The position numbers and the translations under genes are program-made. Below, piece by piece: positions 19,060 to 28,100 of a stretch of DNA of 64,000 nucleotides. The first letter of the stretch is position 1, and every line of letters starts with the position of its first letter. Below the pieces are notes generated by a model. The model searched no databases, was not told where the DNA came from, and saw only the letters and a list, made by a program, of their open reading frames with translations. Source of the DNA: Candidatus Kaiserbacteria bacterium (GTDB lineage: Bacteria; Patescibacteriota; Minisyncoccia; Phycocordibacterales; UBA2100); contig JACPLC010000005.1 of NCBI GenBank assembly GCA_016186695.1, positions 64,852-128,851 of the forward strand, read 5' to 3'.

Positions 19060-19599
19060 ATGCAAGAAACAAACTTGTACACTGCGACAATTCCCCCGAT
19101 GAGAAAAACGCTTGAGTCTCTTTCGAAAATCCTCGACAAGGCCGCGGCGCACGCCGCAGAAAAAGCGACGGAACGCCGGCCCGCCTCATACTTCGAAGAG
19201 CGGCTTTTGCAGAGTCATTTGGTTTTCGACCAGTTCCCCCTCCTCATGCAGATCCAGCGCGTTTCCGACAATGCAAAAGGGGGTGCCGCGCGTCTTGCCG
19301 GCGTAGAGCCGCCCTCGTTTGAAGATAATGAAAAAACCTTCCAAGAACTGAAGGCACGACTCGAAAAGACGATCGCGTTCCTCGACACCGTGAAAGCCGA
19401 GCAGGTTGCCGGAAAAGAGTCACGGAACGTGATACTTCCCTACTGGCAGGGCAAACATCTCACTGCCTTTGAATACGCCACAGAGTACCTGATGCCGAAT
19501 TTTTATTTCCACTTTGCAACTGCCTACTCGGTCCTCCGCGCAAACGGCGTCGAGGTGGGCAAGGACGACTACATCGGCAGGTTGCCGTTGAAAAACTAA
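19060..19599 (+). CDS. DUF1993-like helical protein.
   Basis: About 180 aa with C-terminal FYFHFATAYSVLRANGVEVGKDDYIG. Confidence 0.4.
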   Translation: MQETNLYTATIPPMRKTLESLSKILDKAAAHAAEKATERRPASYFEERLLQSHLVFDQFPLLMQIQRVSDNAKGGAARLAGVEPPSFEDNEKTFQELKARLEKTIAFLDTVKAEQVAGKESRNVILPYWQGKHLTAFEYATEYLMPNFYFHFATAYSVLRANGVEVGKDDYIGRLPLKN

Positions 19600-19600
19600 C

Positions 19601-20326
19601 ATGCCGAGGCATTTCTTTTTCGACCTCGACAACACGCTCACACGGAGCAAATCGCACATCACTTCGGCACATGCCGAGATTCTCATGAGGCTGACTGAAC
19701 GTGCGGATGTGGTTGTCGTCTCCGGCCATCCGCAAAAAGACATCCGCGAGCATCTCGAGAAAGCTCTCGACGGCCGTTACTATATCCTCGCGCAAAACGG
19801 TAACTACGCGCAGATGCCCGATGGAAAAATCGTATGGGAGCGCCGGCTCTCTCCCCAACAGGTTGCAGCGATCCATGAGTTCACTACAAAAGCGCGCAAG
19901 CACCTTGCCTACAAAGTACGGGACGAGAACGACATCATCGAAGATCGCGGCTGTCAGGTTGCCTTTAGCTTCATCGGACACCACGAGAACCAAGACATCA
20001 AAGATGCCTTCGACCCAGACCATGCAAAAAGAAAAAAACTTCTCGAAGACTTGAGAGAAGACATCGAGCTTCTGCGCAAGAAACACAATATCCAAATACT
20101 GATAGCGGGAACGACTAATTTAGACATTATTGAAGCCGGAAAAACCAAAGGCTACAACATCACGGAGTTCATCAAAACCTTGGGCTGGAGGAAGGAGGAT
20201 TGTATATATATTGGCGATGCGCTCTTTCCGGGCGGCAATGACGAGACAGTGATTGGGATAATTCCGACTCGTCCTGTCAAAGATTACAAAGAAACATACG
20301 AGTATCTGCAATCGATTCTGAAATAA
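19601..20326 (+). CDS. HAD-superfamily hydrolase (IIB, PMM/Cof-like).
   Basis: FFDLDNTL motif I and a C-terminal GDALFPGGNDE. It is a paralog of the gene at 41852..42619. Confidence 0.65.
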   Translation: MPRHFFFDLDNTLTRSKSHITSAHAEILMRLTERADVVVVSGHPQKDIREHLEKALDGRYYILAQNGNYAQMPDGKIVWERRLSPQQVAAIHEFTTKARKHLAYKVRDENDIIEDRGCQVAFSFIGHHENQDIKDAFDPDHAKRKKLLEDLREDIELLRKKHNIQILIAGTTNLDIIEAGKTKGYNITEFIKTLGWRKEDCIYIGDALFPGGNDETVIGIIPTRPVKDYKETYEYLQSILK

Positions 20327-20327
20327 C

Positions 20328-21092
20328 ATGACGAACGCGCTCGAGATCAAAGACCTTAAGAAAACCTATAAGAGCGGCACTGTCGCGCTGAAAGGAGTTT
20401 CGCTCACCGTCCCCGTTGGAGATTTCTTCGCGCTCCTCGGGCCTAATGGCGCCGGGAAAACAACGATAATTGGCATCGTGACATCGCTCGTGAACAAAAC
20501 AAGCGGCACCGTGAAGGTCTTCGGGCACGACACCGACAAGGAATTCGAAAAGGCAAAAACGTTCATCGGTCTCGTCGGGCAGGAATTGAATTTCAATCCG
20601 TTTGAAAAACCACTCGACATCGTCACAAATCAGGCTGGTTATTACGGCATTCCGCGCTCGATTGCTTTGCCGCGCGCACACCAGCTTCTCACCGATCTCG
20701 GTCTTGGCGAAAAAATGACACAGCAGTCCATGCAGCTCTCCGGCGGCATGAAGCGCCGCCTTATGATAGCGCGCGCACTCATCCACGAGCCGCGCTTCCT
20801 CATCCTTGATGAGCCAACTGCCGGCGTTGACGTCGAACTTCGCCGCAGTATGTGGGACTACCTGCAGGGCATCACAAAAAAAGGTGTGACGATTCTTCTC
20901 ACCACACACTATCTCGAAGAAGCGGAACAGCTTGCGAGCCACGTCGCCATTATTAACAAAGGCGAAATTGCGGCGGCTGGAACTATGGCGGAGATACTCG
21001 CGCTTCACGACGAAGAAGAAGCTGGCAAGAGCGGCTACCGCGGCGGCAAACTCGAAGAGGTCTTTTTGCAGCTCACGCGGAACAGCGGTTAG
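20328..21092 (+). CDS. ABC transporter ATP-binding protein.
   Basis: Walker A LGPNGAGKTT, signature LSGGMKRRL, Walker B LILDEPTAGVD. Confidence 0.9.
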   Translation: MTNALEIKDLKKTYKSGTVALKGVSLTVPVGDFFALLGPNGAGKTTIIGIVTSLVNKTSGTVKVFGHDTDKEFEKAKTFIGLVGQELNFNPFEKPLDIVTNQAGYYGIPRSIALPRAHQLLTDLGLGEKMTQQSMQLSGGMKRRLMIARALIHEPRFLILDEPTAGVDVELRRSMWDYLQGITKKGVTILLTTHYLEEAEQLASHVAIINKGEIAAAGTMAEILALHDEEEAGKSGYRGGKLEEVFLQLTRNSG

Positions 21093-21117
21093 CGTTTAGC
21101 GAATAGCGTATAGAAAT

Positions 21118-21501
21118 ATGTATATACAATCATTCAGAAACCTCGTAGTCTGGCAAAAGGCACTTGAGCTCGCAAAAGAAATATACCGAGTCACAGACGA
21201 CCTCCCAAGTAAAGAGAGTTTCGGACTTCAGAGTCAGATGCGACGAGCTGCTGTTTCGATCCCGTCAAACATCGCGGAAGGTCACCGTCGTGGAACAAAG
21301 AAGGATTTCATACACTTCCTCCGTGTGTCTGACGGTTCCTCGGCAGAACTCGAGACGCAGATTCTGATATGCGAATCTAAATATCCGGACATTGATTTCA
21401 CGCGATCGAAAGCCCTGCTCGAGGAAGTTCAGAAAATGCTTGCATCGATGATTCGAAAGATTGATCTATCCTCTCAAACTAAACTAAACGCTACACGCTA
21501 A
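21118..21501 (+). CDS. Four-helix-bundle protein (TIGR02436, the 23S rRNA-intervening-sequence protein family).
   Basis: FRNLVVWQKALELAKEIYRVTDDLPSKESFGLQSQMRRAAVSIPSNIAEGHRR...FLRVSDGSSAELETQILI. Confidence 0.75.
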   Translation: MYIQSFRNLVVWQKALELAKEIYRVTDDLPSKESFGLQSQMRRAAVSIPSNIAEGHRRGTKKDFIHFLRVSDGSSAELETQILICESKYPDIDFTRSKALLEEVQKMLASMIRKIDLSSQTKLNATR

Positions 21502-21513
21502 TCGCCATACGCT

Positions 21514-22296
21514 ATGTCTCCCTACCAACTTTGGATTTCTTTCTACACGATGCTGCGCAAAGATATCGTGCGCATGTTCCGCATTTGGGTGCAAACATTT
21601 TTGCCGAGCGTGATGACCTCTGTTTTGTATTTCGCTGTTTTCGGCACAATTCTCGGATCCCGCATCGGGCAGATGCAGGGCGTGGACTACATGACGTTCG
21701 TCGTTCCCGGCCTCGTGATGCTCGCGATAGTGACAACCGCGTATGCCAACACTTCGTTCATGTTCTTCACCTCCAAATTTTTCGCGCGCTCGATCGACGA
21801 GATACTCGTCTCCCCCACTCCGCCATGGCTTCTTATCGGCGGATTTGTCGCGGGCGGTGTCGTGCGCGGCGTTTTGGTCGGCACGCTCGTTCTCATCGTT
21901 TCTCTCTTTTTCACTGGCCTTTCGCTCACCATCCACAACGCACTCGTCATCCTCGGATTTGCGATTCTCACCGCTCTCGTCTTTGCGCTTGCAGGACTCG
22001 TCAATGGCATCTATGCAAAATCAATCGATGGCATCAATCTTGTGCCAACCTTCGTGCTAACCCCCCTCGTCTATCTCGGTGGCATTTTCTATTCCGTGCA
22101 CACACTTCCGGAGTGGTGGCAGGCGATCACATATGCTGATCCTCTCTTCTACCTCGTAAACGGCCTCCGCTATGGCTTCCTCGGCATCACCGATATTCCA
22201 CTCACCCTTTCTCTGGGTGTTCTCCTCGTGATGATTGCTGGCCTCGCCACAATAAATTGGTACTTCATCCGAACCGGACTTGGGTTGAGACAGTAA
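21514..22296 (+). CDS. ABC-2 type transporter permease.
   Basis: 6 TM of the ABC-2 family; partner of the ATPase at 20328. Confidence 0.7.
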   Translation: MSPYQLWISFYTMLRKDIVRMFRIWVQTFLPSVMTSVLYFAVFGTILGSRIGQMQGVDYMTFVVPGLVMLAIVTTAYANTSFMFFTSKFFARSIDEILVSPTPPWLLIGGFVAGGVVRGVLVGTLVLIVSLFFTGLSLTIHNALVILGFAILTALVFALAGLVNGIYAKSIDGINLVPTFVLTPLVYLGGIFYSVHTLPEWWQAITYADPLFYLVNGLRYGFLGITDIPLTLSLGVLLVMIAGLATINWYFIRTGLGLRQ

Positions 22297-22359
22297 GATT
22301 GCGGTACAATTTGTGTGCGGTCGAACAGATTACTAATAACTAAACAAAATAATACTGAT

Positions 22360-22649
22360 ATGCAAATGTATCTTGTGGCAGCCGCAGGAGTAGTCGTCGG
22401 TCTCGCAGGAGGCATCTTGTGGCAGCCGCAGGAGTAGTCGTCGGTCTCGCAGGAGGCTATGTATACGGCAACCAGGCGAACAAGGTCTCTGTTTGCCACG
22501 TGACTGGCTCCGAAAGTAATCCTGTGGAGCTCATCAGCATCTCCGGCAACGCGCTCAATGCGCACCTTGCCCACGACGATTTCATCCTTCCGCAGGGAGC
22601 AACCGACTGCTCGGACGGTGACGGATCTCCTACGGGCGGCGAGAACTAG
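22360..22649 (+). pseudogene. Small secreted/TM protein gene disrupted by a perfect 44-bp tandem duplication. The frame stops at TAG 22435. The downstream part restarts only at GTG 22419.
   Basis: Units 22370..22413 and 22414..22457 are identical. Removing one copy restores an 80-aa ORF, MQMYLVAAAGVVVGLAGGYVYGNQANKVSVCHVTGSES... Confidence 0.55.
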
Positions 22650-22661
22650 CCCCCGTACGCG

Positions 22662-24065
22662 TCAGGCTTTTCCCTTGGCTATCTCTACTGCGAGACCAAG
22701 GTAGTTTTCGGGCAAGAACGATTTCAGATGTTTTTTGACTTTGTCTGAAACATCGAGGCTGTCGATAAATCTCTCAAAATCTTCCAGCGATACTTCCCTG
22801 CTGCGCGTGAGGTTTTTCAGTTTTTCGTAGGGCACTTCCACGCCTTCACGGCGGAGCGCCGTTTGGATTGCTTCTGCGATAACTTCGGGATGTTTCTGCA
22901 ATTCGGCAAGCATCGCGGCCTTGTTCACGTTCACCTTTGAGAGACCTCGCAAAAGCGCTTTGTAGCCGATGAGCGAGTGCGCGAACGCGACGCCGAAGGT
23001 GCGCTTCACCGTCGAATCCGAAAGATCGCGCTGGAGCCGCGAGATGGGGAGCTTGTGTGAAAAATGTTCGAACAAGGCATTTGCAACCCCGAGATTCCCT
23101 TCTGCGTTCTCGAAATCAATCGGGTTCACTTTGTGCGGCATCGTTGATGAGCCCACTTCGCCAGCTTTTGCTTTTTGCACAAGCCAGCCATCGCTGATAT
23201 AGCGCCAGATATCCTGCGAAAGATCGACGAGAATCGTATTGATGCGGCGCAGATTATCGAACATCTCGGCGTAGGTATCGTGCGGCTCAATCTGCGTCGT
23301 GAACTGATTTAGCTCAAGCTTGATAGACTGCTTTTTATCATTAAATCGATTGATGAATTCTTTACTGAACTTGATCCAATCGACGTCAGGAGCACCTGCC
23401 ACATGCGCGTTCCAATTTCCTGTCGCGCCTCCAAATTTTACGAGGATAGAATGTGCCGAGAGTTGCTCGCTTTGTCTGCCGATCCGTTCGTCGAATACTT
23501 TCATCTCTTTGCCGAATGTAGTCGGCGAAGCCGGCTGGCCGTGCGTACGTGCAAGCATCGGTGTTCCTGCGTGTTCTTTGACCATTTTCTGCAACGTTCC
23601 TCGAACCTCTCCCAGCGATGGAGCAACGACGGCCTCAAGTGCCCCGCGAAGTAGCAGTGCATAGGCGACGTTGTCGGTGTCTTCAGAAGTCGTCGCGAAG
23701 TGTATCCACTCGGAAACATCAACAAGCGTTTGTTTAGCGAGTTTGTGCTTCAGAAAATACTCAACCGCCTTTACATCGTGATTGGTCGCAGGAATGCCAT
23801 TGAATCCCTCCCGCTCGATTTTTTTAACCGTCCCAGCATCTTCGATAGAGACGTTGGCGATCTTTTTCAAAAGTTTCTTTTCGTCCGCTGTAAGGCTACG
23901 TAACCCGACTCCAGCTGTCTCCGACAACGCGATGAGGTATTCGCATTCGACGAGAACACGTGCGCGAATGAGGGCAAACTCGCTGAAATATTCCGTGAGC
24001 TCTTTCCCCGCGTCGCGGTAGCGACCATCTATCGAACTTATCGCTGTCAGTGGGTTAAATTCCAT
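22662..24065 (-). CDS. purB: Adenylosuccinate lyase.
   Basis: The N-terminus LTAISSIDGRYRD and the full-length fold match PurB. Confidence 0.85.
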   Translation of the reverse strand: MEFNPLTAISSIDGRYRDAGKELTEYFSEFALIRARVLVECEYLIALSETAGVGLRSLTADEKKLLKKIANVSIEDAGTVKKIEREGFNGIPATNHDVKAVEYFLKHKLAKQTLVDVSEWIHFATTSEDTDNVAYALLLRGALEAVVAPSLGEVRGTLQKMVKEHAGTPMLARTHGQPASPTTFGKEMKVFDERIGRQSEQLSAHSILVKFGGATGNWNAHVAGAPDVDWIKFSKEFINRFNDKKQSIKLELNQFTTQIEPHDTYAEMFDNLRRINTILVDLSQDIWRYISDGWLVQKAKAGEVGSSTMPHKVNPIDFENAEGNLGVANALFEHFSHKLPISRLQRDLSDSTVKRTFGVAFAHSLIGYKALLRGLSKVNVNKAAMLAELQKHPEVIAEAIQTALRREGVEVPYEKLKNLTRSREVSLEDFERFIDSLDVSDKVKKHLKSFLPENYLGLAVEIAKGKA

Positions 24066-24996
24066 ATTGTTTCAAATTGCGCTCCATGCGCGGAATGATG
24101 GGTTCTTCTCCGGCGACAAATTTCCCGCCCGTGATCTGCTCATACATCTGAATGTAGCGCCGCGACATTTCTTCCACAAGCTTAGGCGGTGCGGGAGGAA
24201 GCACGGCGTCTTTGTACGGATCGCAGTGTTCCTTGAACCACAGCCGCAGGAACTCTTTGTCGAAATACTCCGGCTCCTCCCCTTTTGCGATGCGTTCACC
24301 GTATGATCCTTTCTGCCAATAGCGCGAAGAATCTGGTGTATGGATTTCGTCGATGAGTGTTAACCCCGTTTTTCCCTTCTCTCCCACTCCAAATTCGTAT
24401 TTCGTGTCTACAAGAATAAGGCCTCGCTCTGCGGCGATTTCCTGCCCGCGCGCGAAGAGCGCGAGAGCAGTTTGTTTAACTTTCTCGAACAGTTCCTTCG
24501 TGACAAATCCTTCTGATACCAATTCTTCCACCGAGAGTGTCCGATCATGTTTTTCTTCCTTCGTCGTCGGATCGAAAATGGGATTCGGAAGCTTTTGGTT
24601 CTTCTTCATGCCATCCGACAATGTGAGTCCTCCGAAACTCCGCTCGCCTTTCGAGTATCTTGTCCAAATAGCGGTGTCGGTAACACCGGTAAGGTATCCA
24701 CGTACGACCGCTTCGATGGGAACAGTTTTCAATTTCTTTACGACAGTGACATTTGGGTCGGGAACAGCAAGAACATGATTGGGCACAATATCTTTTGTCT
24801 GCTCGAACCACCATGCGCTCACTTGATTCAAGACCTGCCCTTTGTGTGGGATGTGCGCGATGAGCCGATCGAACGAAGAATGTCGATCTGTTGAAATTAA
24901 AATCAGCCGGTCAGGCTGTTCATAGATGTCGCGCACCTTCCCTGCTCTTTTCTTTCCGAGAAATTCAAAATTCGTTTCTTTGAGTACTTCCGTCAT
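24055..24996 (-). CDS. purC: SAICAR synthetase (long form).
   Basis: GKVRDIYEQPDRLILISTDRHSSFDR. Confidence 0.85.
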   Translation of the reverse strand: MTEVLKETNFEFLGKKRAGKVRDIYEQPDRLILISTDRHSSFDRLIAHIPHKGQVLNQVSAWWFEQTKDIVPNHVLAVPDPNVTVVKKLKTVPIEAVVRGYLTGVTDTAIWTRYSKGERSFGGLTLSDGMKKNQKLPNPIFDPTTKEEKHDRTLSVEELVSEGFVTKELFEKVKQTALALFARGQEIAAERGLILVDTKYEFGVGEKGKTGLTLIDEIHTPDSSRYWQKGSYGERIAKGEEPEYFDKEFLRLWFKEHCDPYKDAVLPPAPPKLVEEMSRRYIQMYEQITGGKFVAGEEPIIPRMERNLKQYGI

Positions 24997-25026
24997 GTTG
25001 CAATGTACATCGATTTCTCCTGCTAG

Positions 25027-26070
25027 TCAAGACCATCGGAGCTGGCCCGTAAAAATGACGTCTTTATTGCCTTTTTTGATGACTCCTATCTCATATGCAT
25101 CAACACCAGATTTTTTCATATGCTCAATCACCTCGTCCGTAAAATCTTTGCGTACCACCGCGGCAATCCCGACTCCCATATTGAACGTGCGAAGCATATC
25201 GGCATCCTCTAGGTTGCCGTATTTTTTCAACACGCCAAAAATCGGCAGGACTTTCAGCTTTGAGAGATCTATTTCGGCGCCCAAAGAGTCTGGCAGAATC
25301 CTGTTGAGATTTTCTTTGATGCCGCCTCCGGTGATGTGCGCAAGGCCAACGAGCCCCTCGCGCGCGAACAGGTCTTTCAGACAATTGTAGTAGGCGCGGT
25401 GCGGCGTGAGTATTGTTTCGATAAATGTTTTGCCTTCGATCATTTCATCTGCGATTTTCGGATTTGCATCCAGCATCTTCCGAATGAGCGAGAACCCGTT
25501 GGTGTGCACACCGCTCGAGGCTAGTGCGAGCACGACGTCGCCTTCGCGAATCTTCGAGCCGTCGGTAATGTTTTCCTTCTCAACCACGCCGACAATGCTC
25601 GCCGTAAGAATATACGTACCGGCAGGTACGACATCCGGCTGTTCCGAGGTTTCTCCGCCCGTAAGCACAGCACCGTTTTCCTTGCATGCGGCAGAAAGTG
25701 CAGAGACTATATTCAATACAACTTCCTTTTCGAGCTTGCCGCACACAATGCAATCTTGTACCGAAAGTGGCTTCGCACCCATCACGATGGCGTCGTTCAC
25801 GAGGTGATTGACGAGGTCGTAGCAGATGGTCTCGATACTCCCGTGTTCGAGTGCCAGTTTTTGTTTCGAGCCCGGCTCCTCCGTCTTCAGAACGAGGACA
25901 GGATGCTTGTACTCCGGAAAGGCAGCGTCAAAAAGACTCGCGAACGCGCCAACTTTGTTGAGAACCCGCGCATTGTTGGTTGCGAGGATCTCTGCCATCT
26001 TTCGTTTCGCTTCATTGGCCGCGTCTATGTCTACTCCAGTCCCTTTGTACGATAACTTCTTGCCGCTCAT
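25027..26070 (-). CDS. purM: Phosphoribosylformylglycinamidine cyclo-ligase (AIR synthetase).
   Basis: YKGTGVDIDAANEAK...GLAHITGGG. Confidence 0.9.
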   Translation of the reverse strand: MSGKKLSYKGTGVDIDAANEAKRKMAEILATNNARVLNKVGAFASLFDAAFPEYKHPVLVLKTEEPGSKQKLALEHGSIETICYDLVNHLVNDAIVMGAKPLSVQDCIVCGKLEKEVVLNIVSALSAACKENGAVLTGGETSEQPDVVPAGTYILTASIVGVVEKENITDGSKIREGDVVLALASSGVHTNGFSLIRKMLDANPKIADEMIEGKTFIETILTPHRAYYNCLKDLFAREGLVGLAHITGGGIKENLNRILPDSLGAEIDLSKLKVLPIFGVLKKYGNLEDADMLRTFNMGVGIAAVVRKDFTDEVIEHMKKSGVDAYEIGVIKKGNKDVIFTGQLRWS

Positions 26071-26600
26071 ATCAATCCCTGCTCTTCAAGGTATTTTTTG
26101 AATCCTTTTTCCTGCAGCTTCGCGTCTTTCGCGAAAACATCTCCACCAAGCTTTTGTTTGTAGGCAGAAACTTTCGCGCGTACTGTTTCATCACCTGTAC
26201 CGATGATTTGTGCGGCAAGGATACCGGCATTTTTCGCACCGTTGATCGCAACGGTCGCAACAGGAATCCCCGGCGGCATCTGCGCAGTCGAGAAAAGCGC
26301 GTCCACTCCTGCCGCCCCCATCTTCGCGCTCGCGAGCGGAACACCAATGACAGGAAGCTCCGTGTGTGCTGCAACAACTCCCGCAAGATGCGCGGCGCCT
26401 CCGGCGCCGCAGATGAATACTTTGTACCCTGCGGCTTCGCTCTTTTTTACATATTTAACGATTGCCTCGGGCGTGCGGTGAGCCGAGAGCGTGTGCACTT
26501 CCGAAGCGATCCCGAATTCCTCCAAAATCTTCGCCGCCTCTTGCATCACCGGCAAATCGGAGTCAGAGCCCATTACAATCCCCACGAGCGGCTCATTCAT
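26067..26600 (-). CDS. purE: N5-carboxyaminoimidazole ribonucleotide mutase.
   Basis: [14 protein letters not shown]...SAHRTPE...AGGAAHL. Confidence 0.9.
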   Translation of the reverse strand: MNEPLVGIVMGSDSDLPVMQEAAKILEEFGIASEVHTLSAHRTPEAIVKYVKKSEAAGYKVFICGAGGAAHLAGVVAAHTELPVIGVPLASAKMGAAGVDALFSTAQMPPGIPVATVAINGAKNAGILAAQIIGTGDETVRAKVSAYKQKLGGDVFAKDAKLQEKGFKKYLEEQGLI

Positions 26601-26630
26601 AACGAGTATGCATTATACTCGTTTTTTCAC

Positions 26631-27179
26631 TCACGAACAGTTCAGTGGATCGCAGGCACCTTCATATCCATTATAGGGGTCGCGGAGTTTCAAGTAGTTG
26701 CCTCGTTCGTTCTTGTACCACCCCTCCTCAGACACAATATAAAAATCCTGCGGGCGATCTTCGGGATCGTCGTTGGATGGTGTAAAACCGCGGATTATAG
26801 AATCCTCGACAAGAGGGTAGAGGCCATAGTGTCGATGACTCGCTGCCGGCGAATTTTCTCGTCTCCCGTAGTTGTACACCTCGCCTTTGTATCCTTCCCT
26901 TCCCAGCATGTCTCCAGCCTTTACCTTGCTTCCAACCGCAACTGTTGTCGTTGCCATATGCTCGACAACGAAAATCCTCTGCGACGAGGTACCTACAACG
27001 AGCGCAATCGATCCATTAAAATCATCTCGAAAAAGTACGGTCCCGTCGTAAGGAGAATAGACGGGCGTGAAGTACCCGCAGTAGTAATCAACTCCGGTGT
27101 GCGCATGGTTACCGACCGTCCCTCCAAACCCGAGGGTCACGATGCATGTGGTGATAGTGCCAACGAGAAAAGACAGCAT
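26631..27179 (-). CDS. Secreted M23-family metallopeptidase-like protein, embedded inside the purine operon.
   Basis: HxxxD (GNHAHTGVDY) and HxH (SHRHYG) motifs plus a signal peptide. Starts at the internal ATG (MLSFLVG). The track's TTG extension would swallow the upstream terminator. Confidence 0.6.
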   Translation of the reverse strand: MLSFLVGTITTCIVTLGFGGTVGNHAHTGVDYYCGYFTPVYSPYDGTVLFRDDFNGSIALVVGTSSQRIFVVEHMATTTVAVGSKVKAGDMLGREGYKGEVYNYGRRENSPAASHRHYGLYPLVEDSIIRGFTPSNDDPEDRPQDFYIVSEEGWYKNERGNYLKLRDPYNGYEGACDPLNCS

Positions 27180-27195
27180 ACCTGAAAAACCCACC

Positions 27196-27232
27196 AAATA
27201 AAACAAAAAAGGTCCCTATGGGACCTACTTCT
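27196..27232 (-). terminator. Intrinsic terminator between purQ and the M23 gene, on the minus strand.
   Basis: Minus-strand GGTCCC-ATA-GGGACC followed by TTTTTTGTTTTATTT. Confidence 0.55.
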
Positions 27233-27299
27233 GACTACCTGTGGGGTCAGCACCCTACCACTCTATGCAAGTGATGTCAATGCTTGGAAAAGTCGCCCG

Positions 27300-28100
27300 C
27301 TAGGTGAAATAACGCACTGCATTTCTAAATAGCTGAAGACCGGGACTCTCTTTTGGCATTGGCCTGTCATCGCGGACATATTCTTCTCGCAAAAGCGTCC
27401 AGTGCGGAAGCTGGGTGAAGCGCACGGCGCGCTCGGGATGCGGCATGAGCCCGAGCACTCTGCCACCGTAGCCGGTGATGCCTGCGATACCCTCGAGCGA
27501 GCCATTGGGGTTTGCCGGCATGTCGAAGTGCTTCGCCGTTTCTCCTTCCACATACTTCAGTGCAACCGCACCATCTTTCTTTAACTGTGCAAGCGTCTCT
27601 GGCTGCGCGAAATATTTTCCCTCACCATGTGCGATTGGGACGGAAAGCATTTTGATGCCCTTCAGCCATGGGCTGTCATTCTGCACTTCGAGATCCACCC
27701 AGCGGGCGTTGTAGCGCGCGATGCCTGCCCGTACTCCGTCTTGCGGAGGCGGGTCGTTTGCGACGAGAGCGCCGGGCAGGAATCCTGCGCTCGTGAGTAT
27801 CTGGAACCCGTTGCAAATGCCGGCCATCAAGGTGTCCCGCGCGAGAAACTTTTCGATTTCCTTGCCCAAATGATGCCTCACCTTATTGCCGTACGCCTTC
27901 CCCGCACCGGTGTGATCGCCGTACGCAAAGCCGCCGCCGAAGACAATGATTTGTGCTTTTTTCAAAATCGAGGGCTTTGCGATGACGTCGTTGAGATGCA
28001 CGATGTCCGCCGTCGCTCCGACCTGCTCGAACGCGGCTTTCGTTTCATCCTCTGTGTTGAGGCCGTATCCCGAGAAAATGATGACATGCGGTTTTACCAT
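27300..28100 (-). CDS. purQ: Phosphoribosylformylglycinamidine synthase, glutaminase subunit (PurQ).
   Basis: Class I GATase: VIIFSGYGLNTE...GGFAYGDH. Confidence 0.85.
   Translation of the reverse strand: MVKPHVIIFSGYGLNTEDETKAAFEQVGATADIVHLNDVIAKPSILKKAQIIVFGGGFAYGDHTGAGKAYGNKVRHHLGKEIEKFLARDTLMAGICNGFQILTSAGFLPGALVANDPPPQDGVRAGIARYNARWVDLEVQNDSPWLKGIKMLSVPIAHGEGKYFAQPETLAQLKKDGAVALKYVEGETAKHFDMPANPNGSLEGIAGITGYGGRVLGLMPHPERAVRFTQLPHWTLLREEYVRDDRPMPKESPGLQLFRNAVRYFT

Noticed and set aside
27180-27206. TTG-initiated extension of the M23 peptidase ORF (MFYLVGFSG).
   Set aside because: It would run through the purQ terminator hairpin and its U-run. The internal ATG gives a proper signal peptide.
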